Made by a program: the position numbers and the translations under genes
The notes under the pieces: model-generated
The model's database searches: none
What the model was told of the DNA's origin: nothing
What the model saw: the letters and a program-made list of their open reading frames with translations, nothing else
NCBI GenBank assembly: GCA_963693365.1
Contig: CAVNZM010000002.1
Coordinates: forward strand, 11,030,328 to 11,094,327
Reading direction: 5' to 3'
Length of the DNA: 64,000 nt
DNA from: Amoebidium appalachense
Taxonomy: Eukaryota; Protista; Ichthyosporea
Shown here: one piece after another, positions 1 through 13,273 of the stretch
How positions within the stretch are numbered: position 1 is the stretch's first letter
How the letters are laid out: each line of letters starts with the position of its first letter

Positions 1-83
1 CATGCGAGTGCTATCGTGCGCTTGTTTATAAATAGCTGTTTTCCTTTTTATATCCTTTTTTTTTTTTGGGGGGGGGGGGGGGT

Positions 84-117
<34 letters not shown>

Positions 118-1140
118 GGGGGGGGGGGGCTGGGGACGGATGTGCTAGACTGAAAGAGCAAGTGTATGGGGCGGTAGAGAGATTGTGAACAGTGTACCAC
201 GAGGGGCTGAGAACGGAGCAGGGGTGGGGGGGGGGGGGGGGGGGGGGGGGGGGAGGCATGGGCTCAAGTAGTGGTTGCCATGGCAACACTGACTATTGAT
301 TGGTGGGCACGGGCAGGCTGGTGATACTGGCTGGGGGGGCCACGCTAGTGGAGGGATCACTGTCGCATGAGTGGGACAATGTGTGTGTGTTTGTGGCTGC
401 CGTGGCTGGATGCTACCTGCTGGCACTTTGAAAATGTGAATTGGTCTCCCGAGCTTTCAGTGGCCTATTAAAACTTGTTATATAGTAATATATAAAGGTG
501 GGTCGCTTGAAAGAATATGATTTAGATGGGTTGGAAGTTGGGTTTAAATTTGGCAGGGAGTAAGTATTTTAAAACCACGTGACAGTGCACCTGCATGTTT
601 CAGCTGTGTGCAGTTGATGTTACTGGAAGATATGTTAGTTAGAAGAGAGCGCATAGCACTACATAACTAAGCTCGCACCATTGAATTTATAATTGGTTGG
701 GTTTGATCAGATCTAGAGTGGCATGGCCGAGCACTGGGTAGTTATTAAGAATGATGTTTGCGAAACGTGCATCATAGAAAATTAGAATCCTCGCAGGATC
801 TGTACGTATAAATATATACATGTGATTGTTTTCCTATATTACATGTGAAAGCAGATCTAGGTGGACTGAGACTTTGACTTGAGTTAGCGACGATTTGTGA
901 AATTTACACCTTTGAAATATCTATTTTTAAAATGATCACGATTGCCACGGGTCCCCTACGTCACGGGTTATTGGAACAATTAGTGTCCTCATGTTTCATA
1001 TGCTGGACTTAATTTTCCGTTTTAAATGCGCTTACCGTTGTCATGATTGGGCTGAGGCTGAGTGTGACACTGGCCATAGTATTAGTGAATTCTAATACGA
1101 ACACGGAAAACATGTAACAAACACACACACACACATGTGT

Positions 1141-1171
<31 letters not shown>

Positions 1172-1242
1172 GTGTGTGTGTGTGCGTTCACGTGTGTGTG
1201 TGTGTGCACGTGTGTCTCATGGAGAGAGAGAGAGAAAGGGAG

Positions 1243-1288
<46 letters not shown>

Positions 1289-1455
1289 TCAGAGAGAGAG
1301 GCTGAGAGATGGGGAGGGGGATTTTATGTGTTATGCTAAGTAGTACTGTATTTCACGGTTGCCCCCTAATACTATGCGGCCCAGACCAGCAGCCTCTGCA
1401 ATAAAATTTCGCTCCTATGTGCCTCACCCCCCCCCCCCTTCCCCCTTTTCCCTCA

Positions 1456-1486
<31 letters not shown>

Positions 1487-1847
1487 CTCCACTCTCTCTC
1501 CCGCCCCGGAGCCTCAGGGTGGGAGGGGGGAGGGGGGAGTGCGGTACAGCTCAGAGTACGAAGTATATGCATTCAGTACCGTACGGCCCTACTAAGACTG
1601 GCAACACATTGCAGATACAGCAAACCACACATGAACAACTAAATGGTATGATTATGAATCGTAAGTAAAGCCCATACTTAGGGAGGCCAAGCCATCCACA
1701 GTATCCACACACCCACCGCGGAGTTCTGAGTGAACACACACACAGACACAAGTGACACATGGCATACACGTGGCACACATGCATAAATGCACGCACAACT
1801 ACACATGTGCACGTGCTCACACACACACACACACAAACACACCGTAT

Positions 1848-1899
<52 letters not shown>

Positions 1900-1962
1900 C
1901 ACAGGCACACGCGTGCACACACACCCACACACATACACACACACATACACACACACACGTAC

Positions 1963-2001
<39 letters not shown>

Positions 2002-2438
2002 ACGCACGCACACACACACACACACACATACATGCACACGCACACATACACACCACACACACAGTGTCAGACGGTCACACACATACTCGAGTACGCACGT
2101 GCACGGATCATCGGACGCAGAACTCGGCACAGTCACCACCAGGGCACCACAACCACCACCAGCGTCCACACCAACTTAGTAGCACTATCAAGTCCCACCT
2201 TCTCTCCCCCTCCCCCTTTTTCCCCCCCATGTTTCCGGGGGGGAAAGGGGGGGGGAGAGGGGGGGGGGGGGATCTGAATGAACACTGTGCACACACGCAC
2301 ACGCATATGACACACACACAAGCGCACACACGTGCACACACACACACATACAGGTACACACACACACACACACACACACACAACAAACAAACACACACAC
2401 ACACACACACACACATACACACACAACACACACACACA

Positions 2439-2478
<40 letters not shown>

Positions 2479-3360
2479 TGCAGGAAAGAGAGATAGGACA
2501 GGAGGGAGAGAGAGAAAAAGAAAGGGAGAGAGAGGGAGACAGGGAGAGAGAGTTTCAAATGCTACACACACACTTTTCACCTCTCAGTATCCCCCCCCCC
2601 CCCCCTATCCCTCCTCCCCCCCCCCCCCCCTCTTACCCTCCGACCCACACACACACGTATTTACAATACACAGACACAGCGACGCTAATATTAGATGGCA
2701 TTCCTTTCCATATTAGGAAACCTATGTCTCTGTCAGGATATTGTCTCTCCTTGCCCAAGCGCGATATTGCATGCCATTGGACCGCCTTACACTGGCGTGT
2801 TACTTATGTAATTTATAACCGTAGTTGTAATATTTGTGCTACTAGATTCGACAGGAAGCACTTGAACCGATGTAGCATGTTAATTCCGATTGTTCCAGTT
2901 TCTTTTCGGCTGCAGGCATTTGCCCGCTATCCCAGTATTTGCTGAATATCAAAAATCAGTACGATGTTGTGTATAACTTTACTCTTGCATGGCTAACAAT
3001 TATCGGTTATTGACGGGCCATAGCTGAGTTCATGCACGAAACCCTATGTGTAAAATTTTCGTTACAAACCTCGTTGGAAATTCGGTGAAGCTATCTCAGC
3101 GCCTAGCTCGTTGTGTCTATGGCAACTGTACAGTATATCCATTCTTAGCCCTGTCTGAAGCCCCAGTATTCAGTCAAAAGACATAAAACAAAAAAAATCA
3201 TTAAAAACAACGACAAAATAAAAATTCAGCCATTGCGCTGTGTAGCGCTCCCACGCTACAGCATCCCCCTCAATACAGCCCCCCCTCCCCCCTCCTCCTC
3301 ACCCCCCCCCCTTGCCCCCCCCCCCCCCCCTCTGCCCCCCCCCCCTTCCCCCCCCCCCTC

Positions 3361-3392
<32 letters not shown>

Positions 3393-4036
3393 CGCGTCTC
3401 CTTAATTGACTAGTCACCTTGAATAGGAAGAGGCACCTCATATAGCACCTCCCCATGGTATAACGCACACATAATAACGCCTGGGTCAAGTGGAACTACG
3501 ACCATCCTTGCCGCCATTTCCCTTCACATTTTGTGCGTGACTTTAAGCCATAGAACACACGTCGTTTGAGAAGATGCCTCACATATATAATGAACCGGTG
3601 GAACACTAAAGAATATCACTATTTTAACAAAGTAAGCAATACAAACCCCCCCCCCCCCCCCCCTCTCCCGGCAGCCTCCCCCCCCCTCCCCCCACCCCCT
3701 TCCCCTCTCCTCCCCCCTTCTTCCCCCCCCTCCCCCCCTCCCCCCCTCCCCCTCCCCCCCCCCCCCCCCCCCCCCCCGCACACAAAAAAAAAAAAAAAAA
3801 AAAAAAAAAGCGGGGGGCACCGGGGCTCGAACATGGTCCATTGAGGCTATATATAGCGCCCCACACGATATAATCCCCCCCCCTGGAAGGTAATAATCAG
3901 AGGGTAGGGGCGTTATACCCGAGGCTCACAGACAAGCTGGCTCACAGCACGGACAGTCACACACACATCCGTGACAGAGAGAGAGAGAGAACAAAGTTGC
4001 ACCGAGAGAGAAACAACAACAAACTCGCCTGCAGCC

Positions 4037-5124
4037 ATGCTGCTGGCCGCAGCGCCCCGTTGGGCCAGTGCTAGGCACCGCCACACCCTGCTTGCTTTAG
4101 GCACCGCCACACCCTGCTTGCTTTCTTGCTGGGCATGGGCGCAGGCATGGTGCTTATGTTTTATCTCATGAGCCAAAGCACGGTGGGTGAGCCTTCAGCA
4201 TACGCAGTGAGGGGCCACCAAGATGACGGGCAAACACAACAGGTCATGATGATGCAGAACGGGCGTCAAGCAGCAGAAAGGAGGGCAGCGAGGGACATTG
4301 CGTACTTGAGGCAGCTTTCAAAGCAGCTCACGCAAGACCCCTGCAGGCCTTTTACCGTGCCCACACCCCTCAACACCCCCACGTATATGCCCAAAATATT
4401 TCATCAGTTGTGGGTTGGGCGCACAGGCAAGGCTCCACTTGAGGTGATGACAAGCTGCCGCGACCTTGTCGAACAACATGGCTTTTTGTACATCCTCTGG
4501 ACACAGGCATTGCTCGGCAAGCTGATCGAGTGTGATCCCTTTGCGCAAAGGCTGGGGATGACGGCGAAAACATTGGATGCTGCCGTGCTGGGTAATGACC
4601 GTGTGACGGTGCTTAAGTATGCAGACATACTTCGTTTAATGCTCCTGTGGCACCATGGCGGTGTCTATGCGGACGTGGACACGCTGTGTCTGCGTGATCT
4701 CTCTCCGCTGCTTCTGATAGGTAGGGACCACGATTGTTTTGCGGCGTACGAAAACTTGGACAAGGGCGAGATTAGGGTGTTGGTGGCGAACGGCGTGCAG
4801 GGGTGCCGTGCAAACAGCAGCACCATGCACACCCTTCTGAGCGAACTGGTCATAAACAGAAACCCATGGACCACTGCGGGTTCACCGTGGCAGGTTACAG
4901 GCCCCCTGTTTCTGACAGACATGAGCGAATTGCCAGGACACACACCGTTTGTCAAGAAGGTCGGGTCAGGCAGGGTTGACTATTACAAGCTGCCACATTA
5001 CCTGTTTCACCCCGTGTTCCACAGCGAGATGAGGGATGTGGGGAGGGAGAGGGCCCGAGAGTATGGGCAGGTGCTGGGGAGCTACCTGGTGTCTCTGTGG
5101 GGCACAACAACGGGCCTGTACTAA
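4037..5124 (+). CDS. Intronless glycosyltransferase, GT32 / DXD sugar-binding (Gly_transf_sug, Och1/Sur1-like) family, type II membrane protein; 5' end frameshifted by a 26-bp tandem duplication (open frame 4126-5124, first in-frame ATG 4135)
   Basis: ORF contains MPKIFHQLW, YADILRLMLLWHHGGVYADVD (DXD motif) and TGPLFLT, all typical of GT32. Hydrophobic anchor LLGMGAGMVLMFYLM. ATG 4037 joins this frame if one copy of the duplication at 4072-4123 is removed. Ends TAA. Confidence 0.85.
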
Positions 5125-6101
5125 TCACGTAGGTGGGATGTGTGGTGGGTGGAGTGGGGAGATATGTGTGTGTGGTCTGGGAGGGAAGGGGGGTGGGGTG
5201 AGGAGGGAGGGGGGGCCGGGGTGAGGGGGGCAGGGCTGTAACGATTTGTATGAATGGTGCTGTATGTGATGTGGTGAGCAGAGTGTTGTGGCACCTCCTG
5301 GCTTGTGCTCGTGGTATCATATGCCATTGGCTCTGTCTAGTATTCACAGGGCCTACTGTGTTAGCCCCTTTCCCATCCCTGCCCGCACCACCCTACTTGA
5401 TCATCTCGCTTTCATGCCCCTCCCCCCCGCCCCCATCCCCCCAACCCCCCTTCCCCCCTCTCACGCTGAAATCTCCCCTCCCTCCCCCCCACCCACCCCC
5501 CCGTCTCTCCCCCCTCCCCCCCTCCCTTTCTCTCTCTCCTCTCTCTCCCCTCTCCCCCCCCCCCCCCCCCCCCCCCCTCGTTGCCTCCCTCTCTCTCTCT
5601 CTCGCTCTCTGTCTGCTCCTGCGGGCCATATTTTGAAGAGTCGTCTCCAGCAGCATCCCCCAGTTGGTGGGGAGGGGGTGGGGAGGGGGAGGGGGGTGAC
5701 TTTCTCGTTCTCGTAATCGAACAAAGTCAATGTTCTGGCCATAGTTCTTCTACTTGTTTTGTTCTAAATGTTTCTAGTAGCATGTATGTCAAAGACTGCT
5801 CTTTGTTTGGTTTTGCTGTATATACAAAGCTTCGTAGCATGTATGTCAATATGATAGAGATTAAATTAAAGTTATAAAATTGTGTTCACCATTTATGACT
5901 CCACCAATGAAGGAAGGTCGTCTGGCTGGCTGGTCCCCGGGCTCTTACTTTGACGAATAAGTGATTGTCTGGCTCAGTTGTGCTCACCCCCCCCTTCCCC
6001 CCTCCCCCCTCCACCGCCCGCCCTCCCCCCCCCCTTTCACGCCCCCTCCCCCCCCTTACCTCACTCTCCATTCCTCATAAAACCAAGCCTCTTTTCTTTT
6101 T

Positions 6102-6139
<38 letters not shown>

Positions 6140-6221
6140 CCACACACACACCCATCCTCCCCCCCAACCCTCCCCCCCCTCCTCTCCCCTCCCCCAAACC
6201 TATCACACCGGTCATGAGACC

Positions 6222-6358
6222 CTCGGGTACTGTGGATGACGTGGGCCCCCCCTGAGGATGGGCTCTGCTTATTATGCATACTCTTTATGTATGGCTTGCA
6301 TTCTGCATCGTGTTATCCGTTTGTTCTTGTGTACTTCGTACTTTTTGACGCATTCAAA
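6222..6358 (+). mobile_element. Copy A of the dispersed poly-C-associated element (putative 3' end of a retroelement)
   Basis: Identical to 32468-32602 except for one C in a homopolymer. Ends GCATTCAAA followed by poly-C. Encodes ...SGTVDDVGPP-TGA. Confidence 0.75.
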
Positions 6359-6392
6359 CCCCCCCCCCCCCCCCCCCCCTCCTCCCCTTCCA

Positions 6393-6686
6393 GCCCTGGC
6401 CAGCTGTCCATGCCTACCTTCGTGCCGGCATCACCCCAGGCCGTGCTGAATACCTTGCTTGCTCCCGGCCCCCAGACAACAGCGGAAATTCAAAAATATC
6501 GATGGTCCTGTACCCCCCCCGTATTCATTACAGTGAACTATGATGGATTGGGGTCTGACACAGAGGACAACATGCCCATTGCTAAGTAAGAACCCCACCT
6601 TCCCTTTTTTCCCATTCCCCTGCTCCCCCCTCCCCCCCCCCCCCTCCCCGGACACACACCGCGCGCAAATACGCCTCCCTTCTGCC

Positions 6687-6720
<34 letters not shown>

Positions 6721-6903
6721 TCTCTCCTACCCCACCCTGCTTACCGAACCATGAATCCAACTAACTCCGATTTTCCTCCAACAGTCCCCCCCTTCCCTCC
6801 GTGCTCCCACATCTCTCTCCCCCAGGCTCTGCCCCCTTACCTTCTCCCTTCACACGTCGATGCACCCATCCCGCACCTACCCAAATCAACACACACCCTA
6901 TCG

Positions 6904-6935
<32 letters not shown>

Positions 6936-6954
6936 CTTCTCCCCCCCTCCCCCC

Positions 6955-6985
<31 letters not shown>

Positions 6986-7726
6986 AAAAAAAAAAAGGAA
7001 AGAAAAAAACACAAAAAAAAAAAAACACATATGTCCCCTCCTTTGCCCACTTCTTCTGATTCCTGTTCTACTCCCTGCTGCATGTGTCTATCCATTCACA
7101 TACCCTTCACCTTCACCCACTCCCTCGTTTTCTGCAATATCAGTACTGACTGTACCCTTCGTTTTCCTCCCAGCAGAAAGGCACGCAGGCGGGTCAGCCT
7201 GCAGCTTCCTGCTGCCTGAATTTGAACCAGCACAGGAGCATAAAAAGGTACTTTATAAGTCTTGACCCTTCTTCTCCTCCTCCTCTTTCCGCCCTTATCT
7301 TGCCTTCACCCCCTCCTTCCCTTCCCCCCTCCCCCTCCCCCTCCCTTCCCCCCTCCACTCCCCCCTCCCTGCCCCCCTTCGTCTCTCTCCTTTCTGCCTT
7401 CTTCCCGCCTTCTTTGCTCATCCATATCCCCCCCCCCCCCCCCCCCTCCCCCCCCCCCCCCCCTTTTAACCTTCACTCACTTCTCACTGAACCACCCTCC
7501 CCCCTCCCTGCCCCATGACAATCTCTGCACCCAGTTGATATCGGACGAGTTGCTCTGTTCCCCCACAGGTGCAGGGAAGCATTTTGATTGGATGCTGTCC
7601 TTCCCGCCGCCTCTCATTTACCCACCGGCACAACAAATGTGGAATTGCCGAGAGATGAGGCTGAGGAAGGGAGACACACACACATACACACATCCACACA
7701 CAACACTCTCTCTCCCTCCCTCATCT

Positions 7727-7757
<31 letters not shown>

Positions 7758-8205
7758 TCTCTCCCTTACCCTCCTCCTCCCCCCCCCCCCCCCCTCTCTC
7801 CCTCTCTCCCTCCCTCCCCCTCCCCCCCCCCCCTCCCCCCACCTCTCTCTCTCACAACTGCAAAACACGTTCAGCTGCGCAAATGTGTTTATGCCATTCG
7901 GGAAATTCATGTAAATCTAGCCCAAGTTTAGGGTCTGTTGTGCATAGCAGCCCATAATTCTGCGGCTGCTAGGAGTTTGTGATGGGGAAGGGACGGACGT
8001 GTACGTACTGGGACATGGAATTCTAGGTGCGAGAGCAATGAGCCTGCATTGATCATATCATGGGCCACAGGGACTTTCGGAGTATGCATTTGTCTGTTGG
8101 CATTTTTGTGTGACTCTAGCCGCTGCAACATCCCAATTATCCGCCTGCACTACAGATATGCTTGTGGGAGATGATGACCGGGAGCCGGGTGGGGCTGACG
8201 GACAT

Positions 8206-8250
<45 letters not shown>

Positions 8251-8892
8251 TGCACGTTCACCCCACTCTTTTCGCACAGAGACCCCCATGGACGCATGCC
8301 TGCATGCACGAGCGCATATACAACTGCAAAAGCTTGCGCATGCATAATATGCACTCATGCACGCACACGGAAGCGCGGGCGAACACGCACACACTATGCA
8401 CACACGTGTGTGCTCGCACACACACGTCCGCTTGCACACACCAAAAAAATAAAAGGAAGAAACGACATGCACTCACACACGCACGGTCACATAAACGCAC
8501 ACAGTCCACCCACGTGCATGTCAATAGCGAGTGACGCAACATGCATGTTTGGCCCAGATCAATTGGTGATGGATGGGCCGAAGGCACTTGCTTTCAAACT
8601 TATCTTGAATTTAACGTTGATGCGCTGTTACATGTGCATGCTTACCCTTTAAACGTTGAATTTTGATTGGGTGTTGCAAACTCGGTTGGTGGCTGGCACC
8701 CAACCAGGAAAGTAGGTAGAGTAATTCATGAGCAATTGAAGACCATGTCATTAATAAGCCCCCTAGTGGGCTCCAGCATGACTCTGTGCATATCTGCGGC
8801 ACCAAAGATCACGTACCAGAAGGAACATATCTCGTGTCTAGATACCGTTAGATGTGTAAACCGCTGTGCGCATGTGTGTGTGTGTGTGTGTG

Positions 8893-8944
<52 letters not shown>

Positions 8945-9372
8945 CATAGGTCCATACGATGGAGGCATCTAGGTATGGGGGGATCGCTCGCATGGACCGC
9001 TAACTTGGCAACGCAGTATTCAATAGTTCACCACCAATATAAAAAGAAACCCATCAACCATAACCCTATGCATATGCGTGTCTTTGTCCTAAATGTGGGG
9101 GGGGGGAGGGGGGGGGCTTACGGGCCCTTTATGTCACTCGGGGGCCAATTCGTTCCCTCCTGATTTTACGTCATCGAATCGTGTTTTATCCAATCAGATG
9201 CGAGTGAGGTTCAGTCATAGGAACCAAAGTGTGTGCGCGCATGTGCGGAAATGAGTGAGTGCGTGTGGTGTCTGTGTGTTTCTGTATGTGTACATATGTA
9301 TATTCGTGTGTGTGTGTGCGCGCGCGCACGCGCATGCGCGTGTTTGGTGTGTGCGTCACGGTGTGCCTGTGT

Positions 9373-9437
<65 letters not shown>

Positions 9438-9898
9438 GCGCGCGCGCGCGCGTGTGTTAGTATATGTGTGGTGCGTTGGGGAAAGGGGGAAGGGAGCAAG
9501 CCGGTTGACCAGACTGGATTGCACAGCGGTGCCCCATTGGGGAAAAAAAAACGAAAGGAGGAAAAAAAAAAGAGAGAGAGAAAAAAGGAGAGTTCGAGTC
9601 AACAGCACGAAATGGGGGGGGGGGGGGGACTCTTTGAATTGTTTTGTGAGTACCACGTAAGGCACCGTGAATCTATGCTTTCTGTTGCACATGAAGTTAA
9701 TACATAATAATCCTTGTGGATTTTTGGTTCTCAGCGTGCTGGTTCATAATCAAACACATGCATTTTTGTGCTTTGTTTAAGCTGTTCCTTGCAAAGTTGC
9801 AAATAGTACCATGTTCTAACATTGGGCGCGACGTCCAATGGAATTAAGGCCTGGCACTAACCAGCCTGCCTCATACTGAAAAGGCCCCCGTCTGTACT

Positions 9899-9930
<32 letters not shown>

Positions 9931-10456
9931 ACCTCCCAAACACAAACACACACACACACACACACACACAAAAAAAAAAAGAAGAAGAACTAGAAGAAAC
10001 AAAGGAAGGAAAAAGACTGGAAGAAAAACTTTTGAAACCTTTGCCGCCCCCCCCCCCCCCCCCTCCCTCCCCCCCCCCCCCCCCCCCCCCCTTCTCCCTC
10101 CCCCAGGCCTCCCCCTCTCCTCCTCCTTCACCACCACCCACCCACCCACACATGCCACAGCCTTAACACGCATTCATAAAAACAGCGGTTTACCCATCGG
10201 CACTGTAAGCACCACACCCGGCCCCCCTTTTCCCTCAGCCGAAGCATTAGAACGTTTCCAATGATCACTACAAAGTTGGACCTGTAGGCCTAGGTGAGGC
10301 ATGAGCCTCATCAGCAGTTTAGTCCGAACTCACTGTGATCGATCTGCAGGACTGTGTTTGAATTACTGTTCAACAGTGCTACGATATTTTCTTCTTTTTT
10401 TTCCTCTCTTGTAAAATTCCCCCTCTTTTTTTTTTTTTTTTTTTTTTGTGGGGGGT

Positions 10457-10487
<31 letters not shown>

Positions 10488-10531
10488 GAGAGGGTAGATA
10501 TTGGGGGGGGGGGGGGGGGGGGGGGAGGGGG

Positions 10532-10562
<31 letters not shown>

Positions 10563-10870
10563 GGGGGGGGGGAGAGGGAATCAAAGTTTGTACGGTAAGC
10601 TGCATACATACACACTCTTTTGTTGTGGTGCTCACCGTACAAATCTAATAAGCACCCGTACATTCCTCCTTCGTATGGTCCAAAAGTCCCAAAACCATCA
10701 ATTTTGAGTGTGAAAACGTGAAAACCCTTCAAAATTTCCGGGCTGGTGCCCATGGCCAGGGATTCAAAAGTGTCACCTGAGACATGCACCCCGGGCCGAT
10801 CCGGATGATATCTGTCCATCACAGTGCACTCCTGTAGCTGTTGCATCCGTATGATATCATGGTCATCTCT
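6393..10870. other. Unassigned exon-like unique-sequence islands between microsatellites (possible decayed gene(s))
   Basis: Islands bounded by AG/GT-like sites, e.g. + 6393-6585 ending at GTAAGA, + 7173-7247, - 10870-10636 ending at GTGAGC, - 8862-8647 ending at GTAAGC. They could not be chained into a stop-free frame and show no recognisable motif. Confidence 0.25.
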
Positions 10871-11000
10871 GAGTATATATATAGTATACTATATCTATTG
10901 ATCATGCCTGCTAGCCATTGTGTGCACATTGTGCCAGGCTCTGTACATTACTAATGTCAATTTGTGCGTGTGGGTGTACGTGGGTGTATGTGTGTGTGAG

Positions 11001-11036
<36 letters not shown>

Positions 11037-11105
11037 GAGAGGGGGGGGGGGAGAGAGTTTCACAAAACACCTGTGCAACACATGTGGGCAGGTTTTTTTT
11101 TTTTT

Positions 11106-11136
<31 letters not shown>

Positions 11137-11605
11137 GGGGACTGGATTTTATAGAACACCTGTGCAACATGTTTCATGTGTGCGAGTTTGTTGTTTGGGA
11201 AGGAAGGGGAGGGAGGGGAGGGGTGAGTTTGTTGAGGGGGGGTGGAAGGGGGGCTGAGAGGGAGGTCGGAGATGAAGAGAGATTTCATAAAACACCGTGC
11301 ACGTGACCTGTGCAACACTCAGCAGATGATCTCGTTGCTGTGCTTGATTTCAGCTTGTAGATGGTTCGAGTCTGCATTTGTTCACAGTGTCGACCTTCTT
11401 ATGTATACCATACGCAAATACAAAACAACACTAGTCATATTTACAAACATGCCTAAACTCAAACGGGTGCTATAATGGTAACATTCCCAATTTTCTCCAT
11501 TGGTGCTTTAACTATGATCTGGTCCCGGTTCTTCTGAGTGTAATGTACACGTATACGTACGTACACCTGACTACAGAGCTGCACTGCAATGGCTAACTAT
11601 TCCTA

Positions 11606-13273
11606 TTAGGCCTTGTAGCCAGGCTGGTTTTCGGGCAGGGTGTGAAGGAACGCGCGCCACTCTGTCTCTTCCTGCTTGTGGTCCAGATACTCAACACCCC
11701 TAGACTTGGACACACGCAGAAGACGCTTGCCCACACGGATGCAGAAGAACTGGCCCTCGACCTGGGGGAACAACCGGTCACGCACATCGGTGTGGATGAA
11801 GGGGGTGGCAATCACACCGAGCCAAATGATGACGGCAATCCAGTAGTAGTTGATGTTGTACACCTTAAGCGACGTCTTGCCGTATTTGGCAACCTGGTTC
11901 TTGTAGACGGCGTTGAAGATCAGGCCACCGACCACACCAATAAGAGACCAGGCCGTAAGGATGATGCCGTGAAGTGCGCCGATGTTCTTGGTACCAAACT
12001 GGTCGGCAAGGAAGGCGGGGATGAGACCGAATCCACCACCGTACACGGCAGAAAGGAACCACATGCACACGATGTAGGGCCAGAAGGCACCATTCTCGAT
12101 CATGGTGGGGGCACACAGCACAATGACGGCCTGGAACACCAGCGACACCATGAAGAGAGGCTTGCGGCCAAAGAAGTCAGAGGTAAGGCCCATCAACACA
12201 CGGCCTGTAAGGTTAAAGCCCGAGTTGACGGACACGACGGTAGAAGCAAGGTCGGCGTCCTTTCCGAACTGCTGCTGGCAAATGTCAGACAGCTTGGAGA
12301 TGGTAAGAAGACCGGCGATTGCGTTGGCCATCAGCATGAAGTACATGAGGCGATAGTCCAGCGTAAACATGGCCTCGATAAGGGTCATCCTAATCTCAGG
12401 CTCGTGCAGAATTTTGGGCTCATTGCTGTTGTCCAAATCAACCACAGCGGCTATGTTGGATTCGTTTGTCTTGCCGTCGGATTTTGACATGTCGTTGGTC
12501 GTGGGTTCTTTTTCTTCCTTGGCTGGGCCGTGGCCGTGTGCGTGGAACTTTCCGCCGAGCTTTGCCTTCATGGCAAGAACAAAGTCCTCGGGGGGTGTGC
12601 GCAAAACCAGTGTGCAGGCCATCATCATAACGTAGTAGACAGACCCGAGAATGACGAAGGTCAGGGGAACACCCTGGCTGTTAACGAGGGTGTTCTGGAC
12701 CTTTGCAGCAATGATAGACCCGCCGCCGAACCCGCACACGGCCAGACCAGACACAATGCCGCGGTAGTCGGGGAACCATTTTTGCAGTGGGGACACAGGG
12801 CAGATGTAGGAGAGCCCCAGGCCAAGGCCACCAATGACACCGTAGCCGATGTACAGGAGGGGGAACAGGCCCTTCCACACGGCGAGGGCAGCAAGCAGGT
12901 GGCCGGCGTAGACGAGTGTGCTAGAAAGAAGAAGGGCCTTGCGAGGGCCCTCACGCTCGAGCCAGGGCCCAAACAGAGCGGCAGAGGGACCAAAAACGCC
13001 GACAGCAACGTAGAAGGTGTTGGCGGACATGCCGATGTAGTCGGCGGGTGTCTTGCCGTTTACATTGGCAATGTATTTCTCAATGGGTGTGTTGTACACG
13101 GACCATGCATAAAGGGAGCCCACACACAGTTGCACCAGCACGGCGGCGGGAAGAAGCATCATGCGGTTAAAGGGCATGAGGCCGAGAAACTTTCGCTCAG
13201 CCTCCCCCTGCGCAGGCGTCTTGCGCTGGGAGGTGTCTGAGTAGTGCCACAGAAACCATGCTTGGATACCCAT
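11606..13273 (-). CDS. Intronless major facilitator superfamily transporter, oxalate:formate antiporter (OFA)-like, 555 aa
   Basis: About 12 hydrophobic segments. Motifs LCVGSLYAWSVY, GLGLGLSYICPVSPLQKWFPDYRGIVSGLAVCGFGGGS, GRVLMGLTSDFFGRK and YGGGFGLIPAFLADQFG. Strong C/G-ending codon bias; ATG to TAA. Confidence 0.93.
   Translation of the reverse strand: MGIQAWFLWHYSDTSQRKTPAQGEAERKFLGLMPFNRMMLLPAAVLVQLCVGSLYAWSVYNTPIEKYIANVNGKTPADYIGMSANTFYVAVGVFGPSAALFGPWLEREGPRKALLLSSTLVYAGHLLAALAVWKGLFPLLYIGYGVIGGLGLGLSYICPVSPLQKWFPDYRGIVSGLAVCGFGGGSIIAAKVQNTLVNSQGVPLTFVILGSVYYVMMMACTLVLRTPPEDFVLAMKAKLGGKFHAHGHGPAKEEKEPTTNDMSKSDGKTNESNIAAVVDLDNSNEPKILHEPEIRMTLIEAMFTLDYRLMYFMLMANAIAGLLTISKLSDICQQQFGKDADLASTVVSVNSGFNLTGRVLMGLTSDFFGRKPLFMVSLVFQAVIVLCAPTMIENGAFWPYIVCMWFLSAVYGGGFGLIPAFLADQFGTKNIGALHGIILTAWSLIGVVGGLIFNAVYKNQVAKYGKTSLKVYNINYYWIAVIIWLGVIATPFIHTDVRDRLFPQVEGQFFCIRVGKRLLRVSKSRGVEYLDHKQEETEWRAFLHTLPENQPGYKA

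Noticed and set aside
11642-13240. Long + strand ORFs (281 aa, 236 aa) opposite the MFS gene
   Set aside because: Antisense shadows produced by the biased codon usage of the MFS ORF.
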